Both the position numbers and the translations under genes were made by a program. A stretch of DNA of 59,440 bases from Candidatus Amesbacteria bacterium (GTDB taxonomy: Bacteria; Patescibacteriota; Microgenomatia; CAZETR01; Amesbacteraceae): contig DAHWUD010000001.1 of assembly GCA_027331445.1 (NCBI GenBank), forward strand, positions 109,157 through 168,596, in the 5' to 3' direction. The number at the start of each line of letters is the position of its first letter. Position 1 is the stretch's first letter. Below are positions 26,031 through 35,951 of the stretch, one piece after another. The notes under the pieces are model-generated. The model was given only the letters and a program-made list of their open reading frames with translations. It was not told the DNA's origin and made no database searches.

Positions 26031-28678
26031 TCCACAAACTTGTCCTGATAATCTTGTATCATGTCGTACTTCAGCTTCTGCATTTGTCCTACCAGAATCT
26101 GTTCGGTTGTCTCTGGCAATTCCGCCCACAAATCTGATTTCCAGTCACTGGTTAGTCTGTCAGCCCTTTCCATCAGGACCCGCATCAGAGCTTCGTACCT
26201 GGATCTTTGGTCAGAACATGTTCCCATCAGGTTTTCCAAATCAATTTGATATGTTTTCAGCTGAGCTTCCAATAAAGACTCCCGTCCTTTGGCCAAACCG
26301 GAAGTCGTCGCCGCCTCCTTCATGTATCCAAGCCGGTTTGTAGCCTGTTCCAGGACATTTTCCCCCAAATTTCGTTCATCCATGTCTACGTTAAAAATAA
26401 AGCTGTTCTCACTTCCCTCCGTCGCCATTCCCCATTTTTCTTCCCACGCCTTATCCGCTCCTTTAATCCTGCCGAAATAAACTGTGTAATTACCGGTTTC
26501 CTGCCCCACCGTATTTACCCTCCATACCCCAGCCACCGGGTCAGTTAATAAAATGATGTTATCTTCCGGTACATACTTAACACCGCTCGGATCGACTAAT
26601 TCAAAATCTATCGGGGAAGCCACGGTTACCACCAGGACTTTATCACTTTCCGTTACTGGCTCGACCACCGGTTCACCCTGAACCCCCAACACCGTCAGAA
26701 GTTTGTCCTGTACATCGGCGTTATTTAGCAAGCCAATGTGCCTCACGTTATTGATATTGTAGTTTTCCACACTTCCGTTGACTTGACTGCTGGTCACTAG
26801 CACAGTCTCGTCCCCGTCAGCCGTCTCCGTGGAAACGGAGATTCCGTCCGCCCACCAGCCGAGATTTCGTTCCAGCCATGTCGTTGGTTTCACCGTCAGG
26901 AATCTGGCCGTACCCCACCCGCTCCCGCTTATAGTCCAAAGTCGATTAGAAATACCCGGCAGCCCATCCGCCATTGCCGGCAGATAACTATTTTTAAACT
27001 TCATTTGCGTTAAGGGCACCGCTTCTCCGCTCGCGTTTTTTATAAAGTCAAATGTCGGCCACAGGTTAAGTAGCGAAGGGACAGTTTTCTGTACCGTATT
27101 TACGTCGGTTGTGTAATGGCTCATGTTAGCAACTACCACCGCTTGCATCACTGCTCCCACCGGTCCGGGAAAATCGGCAAAATTTGCCGCCTCCCAAACT
27201 CGATAAGCTTTAACACTGCCGCTATGCGGTGAGCCGACGGTGATTAATTTATCAATCTTTTCCCCGTGCGTATCCTGAACATAATCCCTTGCAATCAACC
27301 CCCCCATGCTGTGTCCCACCAGCGAAATCTTCTGTGCCTCCGGGTTTTCTTTTAATACCTTGTCCACAAATTTTGCCAGGTCGTCAGCGTTGCTGGCGAT
27401 TTCCTTTCGCCAGTCATAGAAGTAAACAAATAAATCCTTTCCCAGTTTATAGCCGGAGTTTTCTAAAGCTGAAATAAACCCGTTATATAATGGTTTGCAA
27501 TAAACGGGGCACCATCCCCAGCCTGAATTGGGCACCGGAACTCCGTGCATCAAGCTCAAATAATTAAAACTTGCCAGCATCCCAGGTACCAAGATAACCG
27601 GCTCATGTGAAAGATGGGGACTGGGAGTAGGTGTTACCTCCTCCGGCAATGAAACTTTGGTCACGTAAACCTTATCTGTATAGTTTGAGTCAGAAGCATC
27701 ATAACCGCCGACTAAGTACAGATAATTCCCCATTGCCGTCAACGATCCGCAACAAGTTGGATGTGGAAGCATAATATCACTAATATTCCATTTTGTAATT
27801 CGGCCATCGCTCTCAACTTTTGCGTAGTAAGTATCTCTTCCAGAGACAATAAAAACATACCTTCCGATTGTCACACCTTGAAATGCTAGGGCTGGACTAG
27901 GAAGTGGAGCTTGCACCTCCCAGGAAGAAAGATTACCTGAATCATCAACTCTCGCTCGGTAAACCGAATCAAGCAAACTAAAACTATTATCCCGACCACC
28001 AACTATATACAAATAATTTCCCATTGCAAACATATAATGGCTGAGAAGCGGAGTGGGTAAGGATGCGACTTGAACCCAAGGGCCTACGGCTGACCCAATG
28101 ATGTCAGAACGGTAAACTATATTGGAAAAGATGTAGTTCGAGTAATTTCCGTTAAACCCACCGGAAATATAAATTTTATTATTTAAAATTGCAGCTGATG
28201 CTTGAGATACAGGGCTTGTAAATGCGGTTCTCTCATTCCAATGGCTAATTCCGTTTTGACTATCAAGATACGCAGCATAAACATTATTAAAGCTCGCGAC
28301 TGGTCCATTTTCATACTCCTCAAACCCTCCAATAGAGTACACATAATTACTGTCAATTGCATACGTGGACCAAAGCGTCGGCTTTGGGAATTTTATATTT
28401 GACAGCGACCACTCATTGATTTGACCTTCCGCACTAGGTGTAGCAACTAGAATATCCGAACGCATACCATACAGATATCCTGACCCTCCCACAACATAAA
28501 CATTATTTTGAAAGGGAAAAGAAAACTGGCCGTTTAGAATAAATGGAAGATTCTTAGTCGGAGTCCAGCTACTAATTATTTCAGCTTTAGCTGGGTCTAA
28601 ATATCCAGCAAACCAAAATACAAACGCAAATAAAACAAACCAAACAACACCCTTAATTCGTATATCCCAGTTCACCAA
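26018..28678 (-). CDS. Secreted Kelch-repeat beta-propeller / alpha-beta hydrolase (LCAT/PGAP1-like lipase) fusion
   Basis: Signal peptide ending AKA. Six blades (VYVVGG, VYSIGG, IYISGG, LYIVGG, VFIVSG, LYLVGG), TPTPSP linker, PVILVPG, YDWR, GHSMGG, DGDETV, HIGLL. Confidence 0.8.
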   Translation of the reverse strand: MVNWDIRIKGVVWFVLFAFVFWFAGYLDPAKAEIISSWTPTKNLPFILNGQFSFPFQNNVYVVGGSGYLYGMRSDILVATPSAEGQINEWSLSNIKFPKPTLWSTYAIDSNYVYSIGGFEEYENGPVASFNNVYAAYLDSQNGISHWNERTAFTSPVSQASAAILNNKIYISGGFNGNYSNYIFSNIVYRSDIIGSAVGPWVQVASLPTPLLSHYMFAMGNYLYIVGGRDNSFSLLDSVYRARVDDSGNLSSWEVQAPLPSPALAFQGVTIGRYVFIVSGRDTYYAKVESDGRITKWNISDIMLPHPTCCGSLTAMGNYLYLVGGYDASDSNYTDKVYVTKVSLPEEVTPTPSPHLSHEPVILVPGMLASFNYLSLMHGVPVPNSGWGWCPVYCKPLYNGFISALENSGYKLGKDLFVYFYDWRKEIASNADDLAKFVDKVLKENPEAQKISLVGHSMGGLIARDYVQDTHGEKIDKLITVGSPHSGSVKAYRVWEAANFADFPGPVGAVMQAVVVANMSHYTTDVNTVQKTVPSLLNLWPTFDFIKNASGEAVPLTQMKFKNSYLPAMADGLPGISNRLWTISGSGWGTARFLTVKPTTWLERNLGWWADGISVSTETADGDETVLVTSSQVNGSVENYNINNVRHIGLLNNADVQDKLLTVLGVQGEPVVEPVTESDKVLVVTVASPIDFELVDPSGVKYVPEDNIILLTDPVAGVWRVNTVGQETGNYTVYFGRIKGADKAWEEKWGMATEGSENSFIFNVDMDERNLGENVLEQATNRLGYMKEAATTSGLAKGRESLLEAQLKTYQIDLENLMGTCSDQRSRYEALMRVLMERADRLTSDWKSDLWAELPETTEQILVGQMQKLKYDMIQDYQDKFVDQNS

Positions 28679-28734
28679 TATTAATTGTTACCTGATAAAA
28701 ACGAATATGTCAAGAAGATGATAAGATATAAGAC

Positions 28735-29472
28735 ATGGAAAATCTTGAAAACCTATACAATAAATTTCATCTCAGTTCAAACATTCAGAAAAAGACGATA
28801 AGTGATAATAATTTTACTTATTACACTATTTTGAAAAGAATTAGAAATATTCTCGAAACCACTCATGTTTCAAAAATACTCGACTATGGATGTGGGGCAG
28901 GAACTCTAGCGTTTTACCTAGCATCAAAAGGGTATCAAGTCAATGGTGTAGATATTTCAAGTAGAGCAATCAATCTTGCAAAAGAAAGCGCAAATAGAAT
29001 GAGGCTGAAAAACATAAAGTTTACAGTCGTTAAATCAATCGACAAAGAAAAAGCCTCATATGATCTGGTTATTTGCACAGAAGTGATCGAACATGTTAAA
29101 AATGACTCAATTCTCTTAAGGAAACTCTTTGAAGTACTAAAAAAAGGTGGATATTTATACCTGTCGACCCCCAGTTATACAGCTCCACTTTATAAGTTGG
29201 GTCTACTATCGAAATTTGATGCATCAGTAGGACATTTAAGAAGATACAATGTTGATAAACTCGCAACCAAGTTAAGGAATTTAGGCTTCGAAATAGAAAA
29301 TGTTTCAATTGAAGAGGGAATTATTAGAAACTCATTGTTTACACTAAATCCCTTAAAGAAAATTACAAGATTTATAAAAGGACCCATGGTCAATATAGTT
29401 ATGTTCATCGATGAAGTATTAATCAAGCTTTTTGGAGGTTCAAATATTCATATTATTGCCAAGAAACCATGA
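28735..29472 (+). CDS. Class I SAM-dependent methyltransferase (very AT-rich)
   Basis: ILDYGCGAG, GVDIS, YDLVICTEVIEHV, LKKGGYLYLSTP, HLRRY. Confidence 0.9.
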   Translation: MENLENLYNKFHLSSNIQKKTISDNNFTYYTILKRIRNILETTHVSKILDYGCGAGTLAFYLASKGYQVNGVDISSRAINLAKESANRMRLKNIKFTVVKSIDKEKASYDLVICTEVIEHVKNDSILLRKLFEVLKKGGYLYLSTPSYTAPLYKLGLLSKFDASVGHLRRYNVDKLATKLRNLGFEIENVSIEEGIIRNSLFTLNPLKKITRFIKGPMVNIVMFIDEVLIKLFGGSNIHIIAKKP

Positions 29473-30491
29473 AAATCATTTTTCTAACTCGACTCTATCT
29501 TCCTCATATTGGAGGTGTGGAGAAACATATTTTTGAGATCTCAAAAATTCTTGCCAAAAACAACCAACTCACCATTATTGCCGAACAGGATAACCCTTCT
29601 GAACCGGAATACGAAAAAGCCCCATTCGCTGAAATTTACCGGATTCCTCTGGGCGGGGTAGGGGAGAGCGCCAAAAAATTTACCATCTGGAGCTGGCTTT
29701 TTAAACATCTTGATCTCATTAAATCTGCAGAAATTGTCCATATTCACGACGTTTTCTTTTGGTACCTGCCGTTTAGATTTTTATTCCCCAATAAGAAAGT
29801 ATTTATTACTTTCCATGGTTATGAAGGCAGCCAACCGCCAACTCTCATTCAAAAGTTCTGGCACCAACTAGCCGCCAAACTTACCTCCGGCAATATTTGT
29901 ATCGGCGATTTTCATCAAAGATGGTACGGGATTAAACCCACACTGGTCAGCTATGGCGCCGTTTATCCTGTCAGTCAAACCAAACATCGGATTCGGAAAG
30001 AAGCTGCCATTTTTATCGGTCGGCTCGACCGGGATACCGGGATTGTGGATTACCTGGAAGCCTCCCGGCAGCTGCGGCTCCCCTTGGACGTATACGGCGA
30101 CGGCCCGCTTTTGTCCGCATGTCAGCTCTTTGTCCAATCAAACCGGGTACCAGCCCGGTTTTACGGCTTTGTCCCCGACTCTGCTAATTTCATACCTGGT
30201 TATAAATATGCCTTCATATCGCGTTATTTAGGCATACTTGAGGCCTTAGCCGCTCATACTTCCATTATTGCCCACTTTGACAGCCCAATTAAAAAAGACT
30301 ATTTGGCTTTGGCGCCGTTTGCCCAATTTATTCACCTAGTTAACTCTTCCCCGGCCATAGTAGCAACTGTCGCCAAAATCAGGGATAATTACCCTACCGC
30401 CCTTATCCGGGCCGGGTATATCTGGTCCCAGGGTCAAACTTGGGCCAAACTTGCTGACCAATATCAATCTTTATGGACTCTACCAAAGTAG
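29469..30491 (+). CDS. Glycosyltransferase family 4
   Basis: YLPHIGGVEKH, HIHD, TFHG, FIGRLDRDTG, VYGDGPL. Confidence 0.85.
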   Translation: MKIIFLTRLYLPHIGGVEKHIFEISKILAKNNQLTIIAEQDNPSEPEYEKAPFAEIYRIPLGGVGESAKKFTIWSWLFKHLDLIKSAEIVHIHDVFFWYLPFRFLFPNKKVFITFHGYEGSQPPTLIQKFWHQLAAKLTSGNICIGDFHQRWYGIKPTLVSYGAVYPVSQTKHRIRKEAAIFIGRLDRDTGIVDYLEASRQLRLPLDVYGDGPLLSACQLFVQSNRVPARFYGFVPDSANFIPGYKYAFISRYLGILEALAAHTSIIAHFDSPIKKDYLALAPFAQFIHLVNSSPAIVATVAKIRDNYPTALIRAGYIWSQGQTWAKLADQYQSLWTLPK

Positions 30492-31402
30492 CTGTTATCG
30501 CCACAGTATATAACGAATCTTCGGATATCACGGCTTTCCTGGACGCCCTGAAAAACCAGACTTTCACTCCCAAGGAAGTCATCATTGTTGACGGCGGATC
30601 TACAGACGGCACTTTCGATCTGCTTAAGAATTATGCCGCCGGCTGGAAGCTACTCAGGATATTCCAGCTGCCCGGTAACCGTTCCATGGGTCGCAATTTT
30701 GCTATGGCTCACACTGCCTGTCCCCTGATCGCCGTCACCGACGCCGGCTGTTTGCCCCACCCGGACTGGTTGTTCCGGATAATCAAGCCCTTTGCCGATA
30801 AAAACGTCCAGATAGTCAGCGGCTATTATGAAGGCCTGGCCAAAAATATTTTTCAATCCTGTCTCATTCCCTACGTCTTTGTTATGCCGGACCAAGCCGG
30901 TAAAACGGAGTTTTTTCCCTCCACCCGTTCCATGGCCCTGCGCCGGAGTGTCTTCTTGGCCTCGGGTGGTTTTGACCCCCGCCTTTTTCATAATGAGGAT
31001 TATGCCTACGCGGTAAAGCTCAAATGGCTGGGTTATAAGTTTACTTTTGCCAAAGACGCCGTGGTTTCCTGGCTGCCCCGGAAAAATCTTAAGTCAGCTG
31101 CCTGGATGTTTATGCGCTTTGCCATTGGTGATGTTCAGGCCCGCATCTTTCGTCCCCGGGTCAAAAAACTGGCCCTGCGCACCCTGGCTTTTATCTTCCT
31201 GATCTTTTTAGCGTTGCAGATGCCCGCCCTGCTGCCGCTTGTGTATCTGCTGCTTCTCCTTTATTTTATTCTGGCCATAGTCAAAAACTATCGCTATGTC
31301 CATGATCTCCGGGCCGTTTTTTGGCTTCCCGTCCTGCAGGTTACCGCCGACGCCAGCGTGTTGTTTGGGAGTCTGGTGGGCTTATTTTCCATCGTCGTAT
31401 GA
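30473..31402 (+). CDS. Glycosyltransferase family 2
   Basis: VIATVYNES, IVDGGSTDGT, GRN, TDAGC, GGFD, EDY. C-terminal TMs. Confidence 0.9.
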   Translation: MDSTKVAVIATVYNESSDITAFLDALKNQTFTPKEVIIVDGGSTDGTFDLLKNYAAGWKLLRIFQLPGNRSMGRNFAMAHTACPLIAVTDAGCLPHPDWLFRIIKPFADKNVQIVSGYYEGLAKNIFQSCLIPYVFVMPDQAGKTEFFPSTRSMALRRSVFLASGGFDPRLFHNEDYAYAVKLKWLGYKFTFAKDAVVSWLPRKNLKSAAWMFMRFAIGDVQARIFRPRVKKLALRTLAFIFLIFLALQMPALLPLVYLLLLLYFILAIVKNYRYVHDLRAVFWLPVLQVTADASVLFGSLVGLFSIVV

Positions 31403-32631
31403 ATTTTTTTCGCACCACATTTAAAAATCTCGGTTGGGCTTACGCCCTCCGCATCGGATTCCGTCTCATCGGCTTCGTCCGCATCGCCATTCTGGCCCGC
31501 TTGCTTTTTCCGGCCCAGTTCGGGGACTTTGGCATCGTCGCCATCACGCTGTCACTTCTGGAAATTCTTACCGAAACGGGCATTAATTCAATTTTGATCC
31601 AGCAAAAGGACCATTTTGAATCTTATATCGACACCGCCTGGCTCATTTCCATTCTGCGCGGCTTGGTGATCTCCGTCCTCATGGCCACAGCCGCACCTTT
31701 AATTTCCGGCTTCTTTCGCGCCCCGGCCGCCCTGCCCCTTTTGTATCTGTCCTCCCTTATTCCCTTTGTCCGGGGTTTTATCAACCCCGCTTCCATCAGG
31801 TTCCAAAAGGATCTCCGCTTTCACATCGAGTTTTTCTACCGCCAGGCTATTAACCTTTCCGAAGCCGTCGCGGTGGTCATCCTGGCGTTGGCTTTTCACT
31901 CCGCTTCCAGCCTGGTTCTTAGCCTGATCATCTCCGCTGCGGTTGAAGTCCTGCTTTCCCATCTGTTTATCCGCCCCCGTCCGGCCGTCAAATGGCAAGT
32001 CCCCATTGCTTGGGACATTTTTCACCGCGGCAAATGGATTACCGGCTTTGGCATCCTGGATTATATCTACACCACGGGGGACAATATCACCGTCGGCCGG
32101 GTTTTGGGCCAGGCCCCCTTGGGAATTTATCAAAATGCCTATTCTCTTTCCACCTTGCCGATATCAGAAATCTCCGACGTCTTCTACACGGTCACCTTTC
32201 CCGTCTACGTCCAGATGCGTGATTATCCCAAAAGGCTATGCCGGGCGGTTATCAAAGGCGCCGTTCTGCTCTCCGCCATTTTACTGGTGGCTAGCCTCGG
32301 CTTATATTTCTTAGCCGACCCGCTCATCCGTCTTCTCCTCGGCCCCCGCTGGCTGGCTGCCATCCCCGTCGTCAAAACCCTGGCCTTTTTGGGTTTTTTC
32401 CGGGGCACTGCCAATATTTTTAACTCCTTTTTCATGGCCGTGCAAAAGACCAAATACGTCACCTATATTACCCTGGCCAGTACTCTCGGCCTGTTGGCTA
32501 CTATTTATCCTTTTACCCTGCATTATGGTATAGTCGGCGCAGCCACATCAGCCATGTTTGGAGCCATAATCGCCTTACCGTTCACCTTATATCTCGCATT
32601 CCGCACCTTGCAGCCCCTGTCTCATGACTAA
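31399..32631 (+). CDS. Wzx/PST-family oligosaccharide flippase (start ATG 31399)
   Basis: LARLLFPAQFGDFG, RFQKDLRF, DNITVGRVLG...LGIYQNAY. Multi-TM. Confidence 0.85.
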   Translation: MNFFRTTFKNLGWAYALRIGFRLIGFVRIAILARLLFPAQFGDFGIVAITLSLLEILTETGINSILIQQKDHFESYIDTAWLISILRGLVISVLMATAAPLISGFFRAPAALPLLYLSSLIPFVRGFINPASIRFQKDLRFHIEFFYRQAINLSEAVAVVILALAFHSASSLVLSLIISAAVEVLLSHLFIRPRPAVKWQVPIAWDIFHRGKWITGFGILDYIYTTGDNITVGRVLGQAPLGIYQNAYSLSTLPISEISDVFYTVTFPVYVQMRDYPKRLCRAVIKGAVLLSAILLVASLGLYFLADPLIRLLLGPRWLAAIPVVKTLAFLGFFRGTANIFNSFFMAVQKTKYVTYITLASTLGLLATIYPFTLHYGIVGAATSAMFGAIIALPFTLYLAFRTLQPLSHD

Positions 32632-33592
32632 ACCCGGATCGGAATCTCCCGTCTGCCCGATTTGTCAAACACGCAAATTTCTCACCCCCTTTTACTCCGG
32701 AATAACCACTTGGGAGTACCCCGGTCAGTTTTCATACCTGCGCTGTTCCCGTTGCGGTTTGATCCTTCAGTCTCCCCGGGTGCCGTTGTCTCAAATCGGC
32801 AAATTTTATAAACCCTCCGCTTATTGGGGCCGGGATATCACCCGAAATTTCCGTTATCCCCATTATCTTTCCGAACGTCAAAAGCATTACGGTCCCGTCT
32901 ACGAAGGCATCACACTTAGAAAATCTCCGGGTCGGATTTTGGATGTGGGTTCAGGCCTTGGTTTGTTTCTGTCCCTGTTTAAAGAAAAAGGCTGGGAAGT
33001 TCTGGGCACAGAAACCAATAAGGAGGTGGCCGTTTTTTCTCAAAAAACCTTCTCCGTCCCGGTTCGCCTTGGAGATTTGACCCGGATGGATTTACCAAAA
33101 AATTATTATGATGTTATAACATTTATAGGTGTTTTTGAACACATATACAATCCGGATGAAACTTTGGATAAAGTTCGTACTCTTTTACGACAGGACGGCC
33201 TTCTGATCATAGTTCCGCCCAACATTGAGAGCTTAGGCCACTTCATTTTCAAGAGCCGTTGGTATTCCCTGGAACCCGGTCGTCACCTGTATTTATATTC
33301 CCCCAAAACTCTCACCCGTCTGCTTCATGATCACGGATTTAAAGTCGAAACCATCAGTCATGCCCACTGGGTTTACAACACTTATAGCTTGTTTCTCAAT
33401 CTCCGGTATTATTTTTCCCCCCGCCCTGCGGCTTCCTCAGTCCCGGCTTCCGCGGCCTCGGCCTCACCCAAATTTTCCCTCGTCAGGGAATTCGGCAAAC
33501 CCCTGGCCCATTTATTGTCGTACCTGGGTGCCTTCATTGAGCCGCTCATTGGTCGGGGGGAATCGATGATTGTATATGCCCGCAAAACCTAG
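32624..33592 (+). CDS. Class I SAM-dependent methyltransferase with N-terminal CxxC...CxxC
   Basis: CPIC, CSRC, ILDVGSGLG, GVFEHI, P.HLYLYSPKTL. Confidence 0.88.
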   Translation: MTKPGSESPVCPICQTRKFLTPFYSGITTWEYPGQFSYLRCSRCGLILQSPRVPLSQIGKFYKPSAYWGRDITRNFRYPHYLSERQKHYGPVYEGITLRKSPGRILDVGSGLGLFLSLFKEKGWEVLGTETNKEVAVFSQKTFSVPVRLGDLTRMDLPKNYYDVITFIGVFEHIYNPDETLDKVRTLLRQDGLLIIVPPNIESLGHFIFKSRWYSLEPGRHLYLYSPKTLTRLLHDHGFKVETISHAHWVYNTYSLFLNLRYYFSPRPAASSVPASAASASPKFSLVREFGKPLAHLLSYLGAFIEPLIGRGESMIVYARKT

Positions 33593-34691
33593 CCGCATCA
33601 CCTTTTTTAATCAGACTTTTGCTTTAGGCGGGGCAGAAACTCTTTATCACGATCTCTTTTTTTGGCTCAAACAGCATGGGGTAGAAGTGGAAGTCTATAC
33701 CACCTTTCCGCCTTTGGCTCAAAAGTTGAATTTTTTGGCCCGGGTTCACCATTTCCCTTTTGCCATCGACCTGATCGGGGATTGGAAAGGCTTTCTCAAG
33801 GGCTTGTTTTTTCTGCCTCTGGGGTTTTTCTACTACGGGATTTTAGTTGCCGCACATCGGCAGACCGACTTGATATTCGTCTCGGGTGTCACCGAAAAGA
33901 TCCTGGTTACCTTTTGGGCCCGCATTTTCGGGCTGCCCGTCGTCTGGCTGGAACACGGGCCCCTTTCCCGGCTCCTGCAGAAATTCGGCGGTTTTTCCCG
34001 CCGGCTGTATCTGTCCGTTTCTTCCTATCCGTATAAAATCATTACCCCCAGCCGCTTTACCGCTGCTGATCTGGTCAAAAACCTGGGGATTTCTCCTACC
34101 CGGATTGAAATTATTCCCAATGGAGTTAATATCGCCACTTCCCCGTCCGCGCCGGTTCCTTACCGGGTTTGTTGTGTTTCCCGTCTCGAACCTGGGAAAG
34201 GTCAGGACTTGCTGATTCAGGCCTGGCCCGGGGTAATCTCACATGTTCCGCAGGCCAGGCTTTGCCTCGTCGGGGCAGGGGATTTCCGCCCCCGTCTTGA
34301 GTCGCTCGCCTCGTCATTGAATTTAAGCGCAGTTGAATTCACCGGTTGGGTTCCCGATGCCGGGGCCTATCAGGCTGCTTCTCAGATTTGTGTCTTTCCC
34401 ACGCTTTGGCCGCTCGAAGGCTTCGGAATGGCAGGCGTTGAAGCCATGGCTCATTCTAAGCCCGTCATTGGCTTTAATTTTGGTCCTTTGCCGGAAATTA
34501 TTACCCCGGCCACCGGCATTTTAGTTCCCCCCGGTGATGTTGCCGCTCTGGCCAGGGCCATTGTTAGTTTACTTAAAAATCCGTTCCTTTCCCGCCGTCT
34601 GGGTAACGCGGGTCGGCAGCGTTACCTAGCCAAATACACCATTTCCGTGATGGGTCCACGTTATCTGAAAGTTTTTTCCCGTGTCTGCTAA
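33576..34691 (+). CDS. Glycosyltransferase family 4
   Basis: LGGAET, IPNGV, VSRLEPGKG, EGFGMAGVEAMAHSKPVI. Confidence 0.9.
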   Translation: MPAKPSRITFFNQTFALGGAETLYHDLFFWLKQHGVEVEVYTTFPPLAQKLNFLARVHHFPFAIDLIGDWKGFLKGLFFLPLGFFYYGILVAAHRQTDLIFVSGVTEKILVTFWARIFGLPVVWLEHGPLSRLLQKFGGFSRRLYLSVSSYPYKIITPSRFTAADLVKNLGISPTRIEIIPNGVNIATSPSAPVPYRVCCVSRLEPGKGQDLLIQAWPGVISHVPQARLCLVGAGDFRPRLESLASSLNLSAVEFTGWVPDAGAYQAASQICVFPTLWPLEGFGMAGVEAMAHSKPVIGFNFGPLPEIITPATGILVPPGDVAALARAIVSLLKNPFLSRRLGNAGRQRYLAKYTISVMGPRYLKVFSRVC

Positions 34692-35946
34692 GCGCTCCTT
34701 AGTCTTTTTAAGTCTGATTTTTATCTTGGGCTTGTTTCTGCGCCTCTATCTGCTTTCCTCTACCATGCCGTTTATCGGTGACCAGGCCTGGTTTTTTCTG
34801 TCTGCTCGCGACGCTTTGTTGACCGGCCGTTTTCCCCTGCTGGGAATTACCAGCAGTGTGACCTGGCTGCATCAGGGTTCACTTTATACTTACCTGCTCA
34901 TCCCCGAACTGGCCCTGTCTCATTTTCACCCGGTATCCGGGGCAATTTTCACGGCCTTCCTCAGTGCAGTCACAATTATTCTCTGCTATTTTTTGGGCCG
35001 GATTTGGTTTGACTCCCGCGGCGGCTTGACCGCAGCTTTCATTTTTGCCACCAGCCCTTTGGCTATCATCCATGCCCGGATGCCTTATCACACCTCGCCC
35101 ATTCCATTCTTTATGGCTCTGCTGCTGCTTTTCCTCTCCCGCCGCAAATATTTCATTTCTTTCCTGGTGCTGGGCCTGCTGTATCAACTGGAGCTCGTGA
35201 CTGTGGTCCTGTGGCCGGTTTTTATTTTCTTTTTGGTTAAAAATCGTTACTCTCCCCGCTTCCGGGATTTCATGGCTTTTGCTGTGGGCATCCTGCCCTT
35301 CCTGCTTTCCGGGCCGGTTTCCACAGTCGGCGTTTTTGTCTGGACCGCCTACCATTGGCTAACCGCCGCCTCGACTGGCCCGGCCACTGTCCCCTTTTAT
35401 CTGGTTTTGTTGCAGCATTTTTTCCTCCCCGGCCTGCCCGCGCTGGCAGCGGTTATCTTGCTTGTCTCCGTGCTTTTTGCCCTTTGGCGTAAAAAATCTG
35501 AGCTTCTTTGGCTGCTGCTGCCCCTGGTCGTTATCTTTTTCAATAAAACCACCTCCGAAGCGTATTTTTCGCTCCTGCTTCTTCCCCTGGCTTTATTTTC
35601 CGGGTACTTCCTTTCCCGGTTGTTTGTAAAAAACACCTTGTTTATCCTTTTTTTAGGCTGGTGGCTGGTCAACATCCACTATCTGCTCATCCGTGATTAT
35701 GCCCTGGACCCCGGCTCTTACGGAGCCGGCCTTTCCTCCCGCCTGGCCGTTTCCGATGCCATTCTGGCCGCCAGCGCCACCTCTGTTCCTCGTCTTACAG
35801 CTGTCGGCCCCGGCAGCCAGTTTGCCACCACCGTCGACCCCTACCGCTATTTAATTTGGTGGCGGGGCCTCACCCGGCCGCCGGGCGGGAAATATCTCAA
35901 CTTTGTCATCGATGATGCTGCCCAAACCTGGCGGGTGCTACAATAA
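34681..35946 (+). CDS. GT-C fold (ArnT/PMT_2-like) membrane glycosyltransferase
   Basis: FLRLY....PFIGDQA, HQG.LY.YLL, A.IFATSP..I..AR pattern. Multi-TM. Confidence 0.75.
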   Translation: MSAKRSLVFLSLIFILGLFLRLYLLSSTMPFIGDQAWFFLSARDALLTGRFPLLGITSSVTWLHQGSLYTYLLIPELALSHFHPVSGAIFTAFLSAVTIILCYFLGRIWFDSRGGLTAAFIFATSPLAIIHARMPYHTSPIPFFMALLLLFLSRRKYFISFLVLGLLYQLELVTVVLWPVFIFFLVKNRYSPRFRDFMAFAVGILPFLLSGPVSTVGVFVWTAYHWLTAASTGPATVPFYLVLLQHFFLPGLPALAAVILLVSVLFALWRKKSELLWLLLPLVVIFFNKTTSEAYFSLLLLPLALFSGYFLSRLFVKNTLFILFLGWWLVNIHYLLIRDYALDPGSYGAGLSSRLAVSDAILAASATSVPRLTAVGPGSQFATTVDPYRYLIWWRGLTRPPGGKYLNFVIDDAAQTWRVLQ

Positions 35947-35951
35947 ATTCG

